DNA of 64,000 nt. Source: Antedon mediterranea. Its lineage: Eukaryota; Animalia; Echinodermata. The stretch covers positions 34,035,648 to 34,099,647 of the forward strand of contig NC_092673.1 in the NCBI RefSeq assembly GCF_964355755.1, given 5' to 3'. A program made the translations under genes and the position numbers. Shown one piece after another: positions 39,901 through 54,340 of the stretch. The first letter of the stretch is position 1. The number at the start of each line of letters is the position of its first letter. The notes under the pieces were generated by a model that saw nothing but the letters and a program-made list of their open reading frames with translations, was not told the DNA's origin and made no database searches.

Positions 39901-42779
39901 GTGATTGATATGGAAGAACTACGTATTTGTGTCGTTGGTCGTCGACTAGACCTAGAATTCACCGGTGATTGATATGGAAGAACTACGTATATGTGTCGTT
40001 GGTCGTCGACTAGACCTAGAATTCACCGGTGATTAATATGGAAGAACTACGTATTTGTGTCGTTGGTCGTCGACTAGACCTAGAATTCACCGGTGATTGA
40101 TATGGAAGAACTACGTATATGTGTCGTTGGTCGTCGACTAGACCTAGAATTCACCGGTGATTGATATGGAAGAACTACGTATTTGTGTCGTTGGTCGTCG
40201 ACTAGACCTAGAATTCACCGGTGATTGATATGGAAGAACTACGTATATGTGTCGTTGGTCGTCGACTAGACCTAGAATTCACCGGTGATTGATATGGAAG
40301 AACTACGTATATGTGTCGTTGGTCGTCGACTAGACCTAGAATTCACCGGTGATTGATATGGAAGGACTACGTATTTGTGTCGTTGGTCGTCGACTAGACC
40401 TAGAATTCACCGGTGATTGATATGGAAGAACTACGTATTTGTGTCGTTGGTCGTCGACTAGACCTAGAATTCACCGGTGATTGATATGGAAGGACTACGT
40501 ATTTGTGTCGTTGGTCGTCGACTAGACCTAGAATTCACCGGTGATTGATATGGAAGAACTACGTATTTGTGTCGTTGGTCGTCGACTAGACCTAGAATTC
40601 ACCGGTGATTGATATGGAAGAACTACGTATTTGTGTCGTTGGTCGTCGACTAGACCTAGAATTCACCGGTGATTGATATGGAAGAACTACGTATTTGTGT
40701 CGTTGGTCGTCGACTAGACCTAGAATTCACCGGTGATTGATATGGAAGAACTACGTATTTGTGTCGTTGGTCGTCGACTAGACCTACAATTCACCGGTAA
40801 TTAATATGGAAGGACTACGTATATGTGTCGTTGGTCGTCGACTAGACCTAGAATTCACCGGTGATTGATATGGAAGAACTACGTATTTGTGTCGTTGGTC
40901 GTCGACTAGACCTAGAATTCACCGGTGATTGATATGGAAGAACTACGTATTTGTGTCGTTGGTCGTCGACTAGACCTAAAATTCACCGGTGATTGATATG
41001 GAAGAACTACGTATTTGTGTCGTTGGTCGTCGACTAGACCTACAATTCACCGGTAATTAATATGGAAGGACTACGTATATGTGTCGTTGGTCGTCGACTA
41101 GACCTAGAATTCACCGGTGATTGATATGGAAGAACTACGTATTTGTGTCGTTGGTCGTCGACTAGACCTACAATTCACCGGTAATTAATATGGAAGGACT
41201 ACGTATATGTGTCGTTGGTCGTCGACTAGACCTAGAATTCACCGGTGATTGATATGGAAGGACTACGTATTTGTGTCGTTGGTCGTCGACTAGACCTAGA
41301 ATTCACCGGTGATTGATATGGAAGAACTACGTATTTGTGTCGTTGGTCGTCGACTAGACCTAGAATTCACCGGTGATTGATATGGAAGAACTACGTATTT
41401 GTGTCGTTGGTCGTCGACTAGACCTAGAATTCACCGGTGATTGATATGGAAGAACTACGTATTTGTGTCGTTGGTCGTCGACTAGACCTACAATTCACCG
41501 GTAATTAATATGGAAGGACTACGTATATGTGTCGTTGGTCGTCGACTAGACCTAGAATTCACCGGTGATTGATATGGAAGGACTACGTATTTGTGTCGTT
41601 GGTCGTCGACTAGACCTACAATTCACCAGAATTGTGTCGAGGAAATACGTCACAATGCCTGGCATACGCACAATAAGTAACAATAAAATACGCTAGTTCC
41701 ACAGTCCCTGTCGTACTATTAAGGCAGGGCTTTTTTACAACAGTCGTCACAATGTGTTGAACATGTACGTAAGGGCGGCTGTATCGCATAATTTGTCTAT
41801 GATATAGAGATAAAAGAAGTACTATTGCACGTTGTGTGACCCACAATCGTCCAATCAGGAATCAGGAATTTATTTAGGTGTTATATAATGATAGGTTAAC
41901 CTCAGGTCTTTATTTTCCAAATCTGGATCCACTCAATACATACTTTAAAATGAAAGTTACATGCTAATTGATGAAATAGTATTATGTTTGTTAGTTAATC
42001 AAAAAGCTCTGAAACTTTATGTAGCTACTGTGGTTTTGCTTAATATACCGTAAAACCTCGTAAAGAAGCCCATGGGCTTCTTCCTTTTTTTATATAGTAA
42101 AATTATCTTTTCGATATTACTTTTGCAAACTAAAAAGAGAGGTTCTTTTCGCAATGAATGCTGTACATTTTATGAATTGCTACTATGACAATAGGATTTT
42201 TTAGACATTACCTTCCAATTTTACATATTTTGTGATCAAAGTACCGTACAAAATTAATGTACGATATAAACTATCATACATCATATCTGCATTATAAGTT
42301 ATCTGGTTAAATCATCACATTCTTCCTTATATTCAAAATAGTCTATCTCGAAAGTAAGTCAATGTGCTTGATTTGCAGATGAGCTTCTTTTTTCGGTATT
42401 ACTTTTGCAGACCAAAGAGGGGGCTTTTTTCGAGATGGACTTCTTCTGAGACTTCATTTCGAAGTTTTACGGTGGTACAATCTGAACGTCCATATTTTCG
42501 CCTTATACAAGCTTACTTGATTTTTTACAGGAGTTAACAACCGTAGAGGATAAATCATTTGACAACAACGGTGCTGTACAAGAAGATGTTGAGTGTAAAG
42601 TAACGAGTGTAGAAGGCGTAATAAACGAAGAGAAACAGGTTGACGAAAGAGAAGCGGCACCCCTGCCAATTGAAAGACCGAAGGAAACATTGCCGCGACC
42701 TAATCCACACAATTCTTACCTTGGTCTGGACGAAATCAAAGACCCTATTTATGTTAATCAAAAGGTCTTGCAAACTTAA
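33925..42779 (+). CDS. Uncharacterised type I membrane sialomucin-like protein, about 351 aa; exons 33925-34302, 34539-34606, 35178-35311, 36343-36569 (alternative donor 36557), 42531-42779
   Basis: Signal peptide (MRICIFVLLSNVGLYLTYG), Thr-rich mucin stalk, Cys-containing domain, TM VLGLIILAVFAVFLLFTIFIIIV, basic stop-transfer KKRNHRRK, and an acidic/Pro tail ending NSYLGLDEIKDPIYVNQKVLQT*. Introns are GT-AG with matching phases 0/2/1/0. Confidence 0.8.
36773..41627. repeat. 64-bp tandem satellite, about 76 highly homogeneous copies, intronic
   Basis: Unit tatggaagaactacgtatttgtgtcgttggtcgtcgactagacctagaattcaccggtgattga; no spacers. Confidence 0.98.
42048..42472. mobile_element. Tc1/pogo-like MITE
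   Basis: ta|ccgtaaaac(c)tcg ... cgaagttttacgg inverted ends. Confidence 0.55.
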
Positions 42780-43700
42780 GGAGATTATTATAAGTAGACG
42801 CATACGCGATCACGCAGCATTTTAACAGTATTACAATTAGCATCTGTATAACGTGGACAAGTTAACTAAATAATGTTTGTTTCGCCAATTTTCCCGAATC
42901 CCTGTTTGTCGAACATACATTGCCCACTTTAGCCATTAAAAGTAACTTAATTCGGCAAACCAGACCTGCCGGAGGAACACGTATTTTTGATATTCTATAA
43001 ATATAGGGCCTAATGAAACTTTTATATTCGTAATATTTTTGTAAAACTGGACACAATTTGCGTAAATCGTGAATATATAAAAACTCGTACTGACGCGCTG
43101 CGTGTTGCTTTCATTGGATCGAAAAGCCACTTTAAACAGACGAAAACTTTACACGTACTTGCGTTGTTGCCGTATACCGATCGCGTTGGTAAATACTTTT
43201 TAAAAACTTTTTGTAGTTGATTTAAACAAATTGTGATGGCGTTAGACAATTTTGTTTACGAAGTATTAAACGCCCTCCTAAGTATGCTTTCATTTGGTGG
43301 TTCGATGTTTTCCAAGTTTCCGGAGTTAAAATCTGCCTAAAAGTAATCTGATAAATAATGTAAAATATTCTCAATTATATTCCGCGATATTTTTTTCGTA
43401 CATAACCTCATGAAACGTCACGAAACAATATGAATAATTCATATTCATATATATTCATATGCGATAGGTGTTGACGTAAGAATTGAACTGACTATATGTA
43501 AACGCTTTCCATCGAGCTGTGTTTGCATGTCGATGTATGGGGTTCGAATCGAAGAACAACTTTATTTCACGGGGAGAGATTCAGTTAGCGGGTTAGGTTC
43601 AGTTATATTTAAGAAGTAGGTCGGCTATCTTGTAATTCTTTTACATCGAGAGGTCCCCAACTTATGTACGAAAAAAATCGCCCCGGGACAGGGTAACGTT

Positions 43701-43858
43701 AAGCCGATTTTCCACTAGTCGAATTTGTTCGCGCGAATTGAAAGTGTCAGCTTATATACGCATGCGTAGAGAGGCATTTGGGAGATGGAAACATGAATAC
43801 GAATGCGTATAAGCTTACGATTGGCGCCAACAAATTCGCCTAGTGGAAAATCGTCTTT
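43701..43858. mobile_element. Palindromic MITE (gattttccactag.cgaatttgtt TIR); related ends near 36610-36770 and 50985-51120
   Basis: Long inverted repeat flanked by ttaa. Confidence 0.6.
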
Positions 43859-44703
43859 AAAGCATGGTGCTATAAGTCGTCAATGACACCGACATACAAT
43901 TACGTCATTACATGTGTAACTCACTGTACTCAAACTTTCGGAAGCAAATCTAGAGATTATGGGATGGGTTCTAAAAAGACCTAATCACCTAATATATCAA
44001 AACTGTTTTTAATTAATAAATATTTATGCATTGGAAATAAAAATGATTTATTTCAAAACACCTAAAAAAGGGGCGAAGCGTCTTTATCCAAACTATGTAG
44101 ACACACTCGCTCCGGTCTTTGACTAGCATATGAGGTCCCATGACTGTGTTTTCTGGGTCACTGCCGATTACGGATAAAATGTATAAACCCTTGTTGATGA
44201 TGGATTAAAATCATTGAAATTTGTCAGTATTAGGCCTACTTAAGAGACACGGTTTATTTTAACGCGCGCGTTTAAATGCCGATAGTGATGGCTCAGCGTT
44301 TGTATACGCGCGCGTTCAAATGCTGATGAAAATGGCACAGCTTTTGTATGCGCGCGTCACTCTTTTCTTTGTGGTGGACGTGTATGTAACGAAATTAGCA
44401 ATAAGTATTGCTTGTCCGAAATATGATACACTTATCAAGTGCAATATTCAATAAGTGTATTTGATAATGAGTGACTATTTTGAAGTTTAAAACGTATTCT
44501 TAAGCTCTGTCTACACTATCAAACTTTGTGTGACAAAAAATATGATGATGTCATATCACTACCATATTTGGGCACATCACACTTTTTTTGTCAAACTAGT
44601 TTGATAGTGTAGACAAGCTTTACTGTAAAATATGTATATATCATGAAGATATTTTGTAGAAGTGGTCTAGCGAAGAGAAAAACTGTACTGCTAACTGACT
44701 AAG

Positions 44704-45015
44704 AGAGTGAGTGGCCGAGCGGTTAAGACAGTGGAACCGTAATCACGTAGCCCTAACATCGGCAGGGGTTCGAGGCTCACTCACTCCATGGTTCTGGTGG
44801 TAGAACGAGTCTTCTCGGATAAGGACTATAAACCGTAGGTCCAGTGTACACAACTTGCTCGTGTGCACTTTAAAGAACCTAGTACATCTTTCGAGACGAG
44901 TAGGGGGTTACCCACCCTGGTGTATTAGTACATCACAGCCACTGATCACCAACTGGGCCCTCTGGGAGATCAGTCTTTGACTGAAGAGGTCACCCAGTAT
45001 AAAAGATAAAACAAA
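44704..45015 (+). mobile_element. Full-length tRNA-derived SINE with Deu/Nin-like central domain
   Basis: A-box TGGCCGAGCGG, B-box GGTTCGAG, ttctcggataaggactataaaccgtaggtcc...ttaaagaacc...ttcgagacgagtagggg, and an A-rich tail. A related fragment lies on minus at about 7850-7930. Confidence 0.75.
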
Positions 45016-47414
45016 TTGAAACTGCGCGTAATTCGTATGCATAGGTCTACATGTTGGTGAGCCCATATTGACATGTAAAGATGTTTACCATGTATAATAG
45101 ATCTGACAAATTAATAGCATTCCAAATCTTTTAAATGTAAATTATAGGTTAGTAACATAGTTGAGTGGGAAGTTAGTTTGTAGAGTTAAAAATTAGTTTC
45201 AATTTCTTTCAAGTTCAAGTGTAGTACTGTTTGATTTGTCTTTTGCAAGAAGATAGCATGCATATTTCCAATATGCATATTGATTTTTAGGAAAATTAAT
45301 TTATTGGTGACTTCCCAAATTAAATTAATTAAAATCTCGAGTTTGCTGTATGTTCAATATGAGCTGAAATGTTAAATAGCACGCCCTCTGTCGCTCTGAG
45401 ATTAGTAGTCACTATAGGATAATTAGTAAAATAGCCATATTGTTATTCATACAATGAAAACTAAATTTCGGCAATTTAGTTATGGGGATGGGAGTGGGTA
45501 GTTGTATCATTGTGATGAAAGGTTCAGTGACGTCATACGGAGAGGCCGACAATTTTAGGCCTACTGAATGAAGTAAATATGGTGCTTGGAGCTTCTGTAA
45601 AATGTATTGATAGAACCGAAGAGATGCACGATTGCATGTGTTTTTTGGTCGTCGGAAATTTGAAATGAGCTCGCCAAATAACGTGTTATTAAATATAAAT
45701 AATAAAAAGGTGACTAATAATAGAATTAGGAATTGAAATAATAGAATAGAATACATCACATTTTTGTACCATAAAAATGTATATAATGTATGGAACGCCA
45801 TCACTGCATATAATGTACATAAAATTACAATATATACTTGGAATATTAAAATAGTAGGTCAAACAAGTTTATAAGCCTAGAGTTTTTTTTAGACCTAGAT
45901 TACGGCCCTAATCTAGGTCTGTGCAATATCATCCAATGCTCATTAATATTTATTATATTATACAAATGTTTTGAAAGACGACACTACGAATAGTATCTGA
46001 GTATATGTAAATGCAATTGTAGACCTTAATATGGCTTTGCTATGGACAAACAATTGCGCCTTTAATTGTGGAAAAAAGTCCTTATGATAGACAGTCCTTA
46101 TATGGAAGGGCCCCTGTTGCGGACAATATCGCCCTCACTGTGGACAGAGAAAATCCCTATAATGTACAGATTTCAATAATCCTCATACGCGGTCGTTCCA
46201 CTCATTTCAATTTCTCGTAGTCTGCACACATGCAATTTGAATTATGACATCACAAATCTTTTATCTGTTGTGATATTACAGCTGTTAACACGGCTCGTCT
46301 CACTTTCCATTTTAAATAGTCACTACTACCCCGCCACCACCGACATACAACACATATTTCTAACCGGCTCTGTAGCGTCAAACACCGTGTTACGTTCAAA
46401 ACAACAAACTGATGATATTGACACTGTTATAAAATTATTGTTCAGGTACGTGCGTACTATGTTTATACACATTTTTTTATGTCTTCCAAAATTGTATTAT
46501 AGGTCCTAAATATTTTACTGTATTATGCATCCAACAAATGCATTTATGGTAATGCTACTATACGAACGGTTGCCAATTGTAGGACGTGAAGTTAGCATTA
46601 ATAGGGCTCAGGGATGTATTTAATTTAAATCATGCACAGAGGCGATCTGGTGGAGTTTATTACATAACATTCTTATAGGAAAACTATTACATACCTCTAG
46701 ACAATATTACCCACCGGTGAATAACTACTCCCCATAGAACTAGCCCAAAGATTATCACCCCTTCCCTCCCTCAGGATAACTACCCTAAATAGGATAAGAT
46801 GTATTACGCAAATTGAACACGATGGTTGTTCGAGCTGAGATGTATTTCCAATAAATTTACCTGGAATTACAAGTATCGTCTCAAATCTGGTAAAGTAATG
46901 TGATATTAACGAGTGGTGAACTACCGTATGCAACTAATTAGTATTGGTCATTAAGCGAAACCATATGATGTCCATCCATGATCCGCCCTGCTAAATTACT
47001 AAACCATTTTCAAAATAATAAAGTATCTATTTTCAATTATTGGACGGCCTGTATTTAATTCATATAATATGCATATAATTGGAAGAAACAGCTAACCCAG
47101 GTGCGCGCAAGTGTAAGTAAAAAAGAACACCGGTGAAAAGAAACATCTCGGTGTCCACAGCCTTAATATTTAGGCCTAGTTTAGTACATACTGATGTTTT
47201 ATCGTACCGTATGTAATGATTTGACAATCAACAAAATTACTCATAAACTGTATGTTCGTAATAAAACAAAGATAAAAGGGTAGCGATTGATCGAATAATC
47301 ACAAGTTTACGATTTCAGTTATATTGTATTGTGTTTTTTTACGAGTGTTTAAAGACACTATTGTCTTATGTTATTTGCCGCAGATAAATACTGTTGATTC
47401 ACAAACGATTAACA

Positions 47415-47700
47415 AAATCGCGCGCGTTGAGTATATTAATCGCGCGAACAAACGTTGATAAAAAAGACGACGTTAATACGCGCGCGTTAACTTTGTGTGT
47501 CTTATTCGCGCGTACAAAGCTAATAAAAGTACAACGTTAGTACGCGCGCGTTAACTTTTTGTGTCTTAATCGCGCGTACAAACGCTGATAAAAGTACAAC
47601 GTTAGTACGCGACCGTTAACATTTGGTGTCTTAAACGTGCGTACAAACGCTGTTCGTAAAATTACGACTTATCTTGGGACGTGCGCGTTAAGTTTGTGTC
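47415..47700. repeat. About 65-bp CG-rich tandem repeat, about 4 diverged copies
   Basis: ttaatcgcgcgtacaaacgctgataaaagtacaacgttagtacgcgcgcgttaac units. Confidence 0.75.
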
Positions 47701-50700
47701 TCTCTGACGAAGTAATTATAAATAAAACTAGCTATAGACGTTGTTTACTGCTTGAGTAAACTTGGAAAACTAACATCATTTGTTCATTACAGTAACACAT
47801 CTTCGTATGATCAATTATTACTTTTAAAACGCGTTTGGAGTGTAGGTCTTGAACGCGTCGCGAACGTCAAAATGCCGAATCATAATCAGATTTGAAACAT
47901 GGTTTAGTGACGCATTCAATTAGTGTCTTGAGTGTATATAATTCAATTAGTATATTCTACTAGCACTATTAGTAGGACTGTGTTGCCTGCGTATTAACAC
48001 ACCTGGAATGTTAATTAGTTATTTTTAAAGGAAGTTATGTATATGACAAGAATTGAAACACACCATGGGTGATTAACATTTTGAAAGTAATTTAAATGGC
48101 GTCATCATTTTGTCATTTTTTTTTTATGATGATCGTTCTGACAATTTTAAAGAATGAAATAATAGGCATACGCAGTAATATTTCGTTGTGAAAACTGCTA
48201 TTGGTATAAATAACGTTAAGTAAGGGTACTCATACATATTGGAACCTAATGGGACAATTTCGATGTCGTTAAAGGCGATCTGTTTCAACACTACAATATT
48301 ACATAAACTAAGTTAGATACACACTATTTAAAATGTAGGCCGAGTTCTAAAGATATAACCATAGGTTAGCTGATAATTATCAATACTATTCTTACCCGCC
48401 GAGGGTAGATCAACGCCCGATAAAACTTAATCGATAACATTTGTAGGCCTAGATTCTTGGCTTGGCTGTTGCCATCCATCTGCCACTTCTCATGCTGTCT
48501 GGGACATAACGTGTCACTCCCATACTGACAATTTTTATTTTATAAATTTTTTATTTGTTCATAGAAAAAGTCTATGACATTTAATTCTAAACCTGTGATA
48601 AGAGGGAGGACGATTACAACTTTCCTGATTGATTGAAAAGGATGAACAAATCTGAAGTAGTTAGAATACGAACTCCGTACTTTATAGGCGTTTGTTTGTT
48701 AAACCTCCAGTGTTTCTGATTAAAGAAAAACAATTGGATTGAATTAAATCAACGTTAATTTAATTAGTAGGCTTATAATGATATTGCTTTAGATGCTCAT
48801 TAGTGTTGTTCTTGTTTTACAATAAAACAATGTTTCTTTGAGGTTTCCATACTTTTCATATTCCTTCAAAGGAAAAAAATAATTCTTAAACAACTTTTGG
48901 CTGAATATGCCATTTTAATGCCACAAAATAGTTATTCACTTTGACCAAAAATTGGATTGAAAAACAAATTATTTTCCATGAAAAGGCTGTAATTTAAAGC
49001 AAAAAATAGTCAAATTGGTTTTTGGTTGAATTTAAACATTTATTTTGTCATTTTACAAGTGAAAAGATACTTCTTTTTCCATGGAAGTGATTAACTTTAT
49101 CAAAACTACAAAGTGGCCTAGCTATTATTAGATTCAATGTTCGATTTTATTAAACTTCATTTTTAATGTTTTTGGCCCGACAATACATTTTTAAAGGAGA
49201 AGATTTACCATCCCGCCCATAACTTCCGCCTCCAAAGAATTGAAATTGGAGGCCTATTATACCCTTAAATTTCTTTATTATGTTTCATTGCGTTCATATT
49301 TATCGGGGGTGAGGAGAACTCAAGTCTGTTTATCTGTATACACCATTGTATTAATTACCTTGATATATTATGCGATATTTTCTTATGCTTTTTAGGCTAA
49401 TTGTATGAACAAAAAATAATATGAGAAAATAAGTAAGGGAATTGATTGTTAAATGACGACATAACATGATTTAGCTTAGGTTAAATTAAGTAATGAAATG
49501 ATGTCGTTTGTGTGTATGAGCGTCGTCTATACTCGTGTTCTACATCGAGTGACCTCAATTTACCTTAATTGATTATGTCTTGAAATTGACAAAGCTAAAC
49601 GCAATTGATTTAATATAGATCGACATTTTTCAAGCAGATGCATTATAGAATTTATAGCGAAATCACGATGTCAAATTTTACAGAAGTTAACTCTTGTTAA
49701 CTATCCCGTTAGTTCCCTTGGTTCTGTGTAGACTCATTCAATGGCAGAAGGACGTTTGAGATGGGGAGTTACTGAAGCTCCCCTAATGATCAACCAATTT
49801 TGTAGTTGTCATTAGGTAGAATCTAACGGACTATTCAGTTAAACTGTATCTAGGCCTACAGGAGTTAAAGTGTATAATACTGAAAGCTGCAAAATCGGTT
49901 ACTTGATCGCTGAGAATGGTTCCTTCATCCCGGTTCATTCAATGGCATGAAGGAGGTTGGGATGAAGAGTTACAAGACACACTTTAAGGTCCATGTGATC
50001 AACCGCAGCTTTAAAATAATAGAACAACTTTCATCAATGATACACTCCTATCAATTCCACCTTATCTAGATGAAACACAACAAAAACACATAAGATTTGA
50101 ACTCGTCGCCATGACGAGTACGGTGATCCGCACAAACGTAACATGCATGTTGAAATACGCGCGACAGAAAGAAATAAGAACAACATATTGGTTGAAAAAT
50201 GAATCTTGATAATTATGATAGGTTATTTGCCATAGGTATACATTCAATCTCGTACCTTTTAAATTCATAATTGAACATTTAGATAAAATATCAATAGATA
50301 ATATAAAATAAAAGTTTCTGTTAGTTTTAAATGACAACATCTTTGTAGAAATTCGAAAACATTTGAACAATTCTGATTTATTTAACCATTTCTTTTACAG
50401 TATAATAATTTTCTGATTGCAGTAACAATATGTGACATTTAATGTATTATACCTCATTTCCCTCGGGCAAGGTATTAAAAACGACAAGTTTTTACATGTG
50501 TCTTGTATCAATTTAAGCATGATATACAATACAAACTTTAATTATTTCAAATAAAAGACCTGGGTCTTCCCCCCCCCCCCCCCAATCGCCGTATAAACCG
50601 TCTTATAACTTTAAAAAACAAATTATTACTCCTAGTATCATTAGGCCTACTATTTGTAAGATTAAATTATTAAATTTAGCAATGTAGATTTATAAAAATA

Positions 50701-52940
50701 ATTATTTATTGGATTATTTTTACGGATTATTTTCATAAGTTTAAACAAATTGGTTTCTCCGTCGCTGCATTTCTACGTGTATAATGTGGACACTGCAACG
50801 CAAACGATTTGACTAACGCAAAACGACAGTTCGATAATCCATCGCCTGTGAATGGTCAAATCACTTAAGGTTGGTTCCCACTAGGACGTAGACGTACTTC
50901 AAGCGAGTTTACCAATGACATGCGACAGTGAAAATAATCCATCGCTTGTACAGTAGTTACTCATTAAATCATTGTGTGTCTTTAAAGCTTGGTTTCTCCT
51001 AGGACACAACGCAAGGACGTAAGCCACAATGCAAGTGAAGTGACCAATCAAAAGCGACAATTCGAATAATCTATTGCTAGCTTTATTTGTGTTATATCCT
51101 AGTGGAAACCAAGCTTTAGTGGAAACCAAACATTACGTTGCGATTTCGTTCTTGCATTACATCCTAGTGAGAGAACCAAGCTTTACACTCTAGACAAATC
51201 GTCACGATCATACTATCAAATACGGTGCTAATGGCTTCATACCGTGCCTATGAAATGACAAGTGTGTGTCCATGCGAATGTCTTTTATCAACTTAAGCTT
51301 GATATACAATCTGAACTTTAGTAATTTTAAATGTGAACCTGCTCTGTCGGTCTCATCATAGAATAAACAACCTCTGCAATAGTCCATTGATCTCTCTTAA
51401 TACTTTTTAAAGCCGTCTGATTACTTTGGAAAACGAGTTGCAAAGTTGACCAAACACACCTGTGATGTTTACGCAGGCGTAGATGGACAAACCCTGGCTG
51501 ATGAGGTGAAGTGTTTGGCGCGGCGAAAGGACTTAACCGTTAAAACATCCATTTGAATGGTCACACTGTGGGTCACCATTAATTGTGGGGCCAGAGTCTA
51601 GGAATTGATTCCAGTAAATCTGTCATGTTTAACTGCCTGGTAAAAGGATTAATATTTTGATAACTTAAACTTTGTCGGCCATAAAACGCGGGTTTTCATT
51701 ACTGATGATATTTGACATATGGGTTTTACAGTGGCATTCTACGCAGTATTAAAACACTATATTCATTAATGCAGCGACAGTGGAACAAGTAGGCCTTGCA
51801 TTTAACAAAGAAAGAAAGTTCGGGCTAGTTCTCCTTATTTAATATTTTTACAAAGGTGTAGTTATTTTTCGTCGGATTACGCCCGCATAAGTCGTAAACA
51901 AATTGGTTCGTACATGTCGCTGATATAACCACGACAGACGTTATATTATCATTTCTAAGCAAATATGGCACCAATGGCACCCCATAGAGGATAGGCATGA
52001 AAGAACAAAAGGTAGTTTCCCAGCAGCAGGAAGTAGCTGCTAAACTGTTACGTAATCGACCCTCGCAGAATATTGACGATTTTTTTCGAATATTTTCCGC
52101 GGACAATACGCGTGCAAGGGTGATATATTCTGGATAGTACTGTATATTGTCAACCTCGTGCGATTGGAAAATATGTTTGAGAAGAGTGAAGAAAGATCTC
52201 TTAAGATAAAAATGGGTCGCCATTGAGCAACAATCACGACATTATCAAAAGAATAACATTATCTCTCATGATGTAATAAAGCACATGACGAAATTTAATT
52301 TGTTGGTAACTGATACCTTACTGCACAGTTTAGCAACAGAGATACAAGACATTGACTTTTATATCTATTAACGGCATCAGTCTTTACTCTGAACTACGGT
52401 AGTAGTTAATGTGAATATACATTTCATTAGTGACTTTCCGATTACACTAAATACGGCACCACCAAAGATCATGCGCATGCGTATAAATCAATTTGCGTTA
52501 TGCGTTCGTGTAGTATCAATTTTATTATTTTTTTCAAATGAGACGTTCCGGGTTTTTGGTGTTTCAGTTTTCAGTTTCTTAAGGTCTGTCTACACTACCA
52601 AACTAGTTAGACAAAAAAAATGTGATGTGCCGAAATATGGTAGTGATATGACATCATTATGTCCATTACATCATATTTGTTTGTCAAATAAAGTTTGATG
52701 TGAGTGTAGACAAGGCGTTAAGCTCTGTCTACAACAATGTGATGTGCCCATATATGGATATGATGATGTCGTATCCTTACGATATTTTGGCACATCACAC
52801 TTTTTGTTGTTTGATAGTGTAGACAGAGCCTTAGTTTCAGATGTACTCCGCCAGTCATTGCCTTTTTATTATTGAAAAATTGATAAAATGTTTCGTTTTA
52901 AGAATGTTATTAATTTGTTTATACTAGGTTGTACCTCAAA

Positions 52941-53476
52941 ACAACATAGGCTAACATACAACATAGGCTAACATACAACATAGGCTAACATACAACATAG
53001 GCTAACATACAACATATGCTAACATACAACATAGGCTAACATACAACATAGGCTAACATACAACATATGCTAACATACAACATAGGCTAACATACAACAT
53101 AGGCTAACATACAACATAGGCTAACATACAACATAGGCTAATATACAACATAGGCTAACATACAACATAGGCTAACATACAACATAGGCTAACATACAAC
53201 ATAGGCTAACATACAACATATGCTAACATACAACATAGGCTAACATACAACATAGGCTAACATACAACATAGGCTATACTAACATACAACATAGGCTAAC
53301 ATACAACATAGGCTAACATACAACATATGCTAACATACAACATATGCTAACATACAACATAGGCTAACATACAACTTAGGCTAACATACAACATAGGCTA
53401 ACATACAACATAGGCTAACATACAACATATGCTAACATACAACATATGCTAACATACAACATATGCTAACATACAT
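52941..53476. repeat. 17-bp minisatellite (acaacataggctaacat), about 31 copies
   Basis: Directly visible. Confidence 0.96.
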
Positions 53477-53513
53477 GAGGCCATCACTTGAACAACGGTA
53501 GCCTTATTATAAA

Positions 53514-54340
53514 GAACAAGGCCAACAGCCATTAAGTCGCGTGCTACAATGCATAGTGATACCGGACCGACAGACAGACCGACAGACCGACAGACCGACA
53601 GACAGACAGGCCGACCGACCAACATAGTGAACTATACTGACCGAAATTACTGAACATGTTTAAAAATGTTGAAATGTTTAAAAACATTTATATTTTTTTA
53701 ATTTACACGTGCGTAGCCTGTCACTTTTGACGTGCTCGTATAACGTAATTTCGAGTTGAAAAGTAAGTCAAGAAAACAGAAATCGGGCAAAAAGAGTGCG
53801 CAATAACATTTAACGCGCAGTGCGCGCGCAAAAATATGTGCACTCATGGCAATTTTGTAAACGCTTAAAATTGCCTGAAACGTACTCTTATTTCATCGAA
53901 AATAAATTTTTTTAAATTTTAAGCGCGCGTACGCATGCGTTACATGCGCTACGCACGTAATTGTATTGCCATATGATGATTTATGCCCTGAAATTTATGA
54001 GTACCAAATTTTATTTAATTGTGATTCATGGTTGTGAAGATATGATTACAAACGTGATTTCGTTAAATCGTGCGTAGACCGCGTAATTTTTTATTGCGCA
54101 CCGTGAAAACATAACCACATTGATTCCTGGCCATAAGGAATATACTGTGAAAAATTGACCTAGCTAGATTAAACTGATATCAAGATAAGGTCAGAAAGCG
54201 ATAAAACGCATAGTGATACCGGACCGACAGACCGACAGACAGACAGACAGACCGACAGACAGACCGACAGACAGACAGACAGACAGACAGACCAACCGAC
54301 CGACATAGTGAACTATAGAGTCGCTTCCACGCGACTAAAA
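53514..54340 (+). mobile_element. Helentron/DINE-1-like non-autonomous element (HINE)
   Basis: 5' aacaaggcc...agtcgcgtg, internal (gaca/gacc)n microsatellites, and a 3' hairpin agtcgc..gcgact followed by aaaa. Relatives at 32828-32940 (minus) and about 9132-9200. Confidence 0.65.

Noticed and set aside
36773-41627. CRISPR-like array or synthetic polylinker (SalI/EcoRI/AgeI/SnaBI sites)
   Set aside because: Units are contiguous with no unique spacers, there are no cas genes, the context is a eukaryotic intron, and natural variant patterns are present.
51494-51535. CTGATGAG...CGAAA hammerhead-like core
   Set aside because: Stems II and III cannot be formed.
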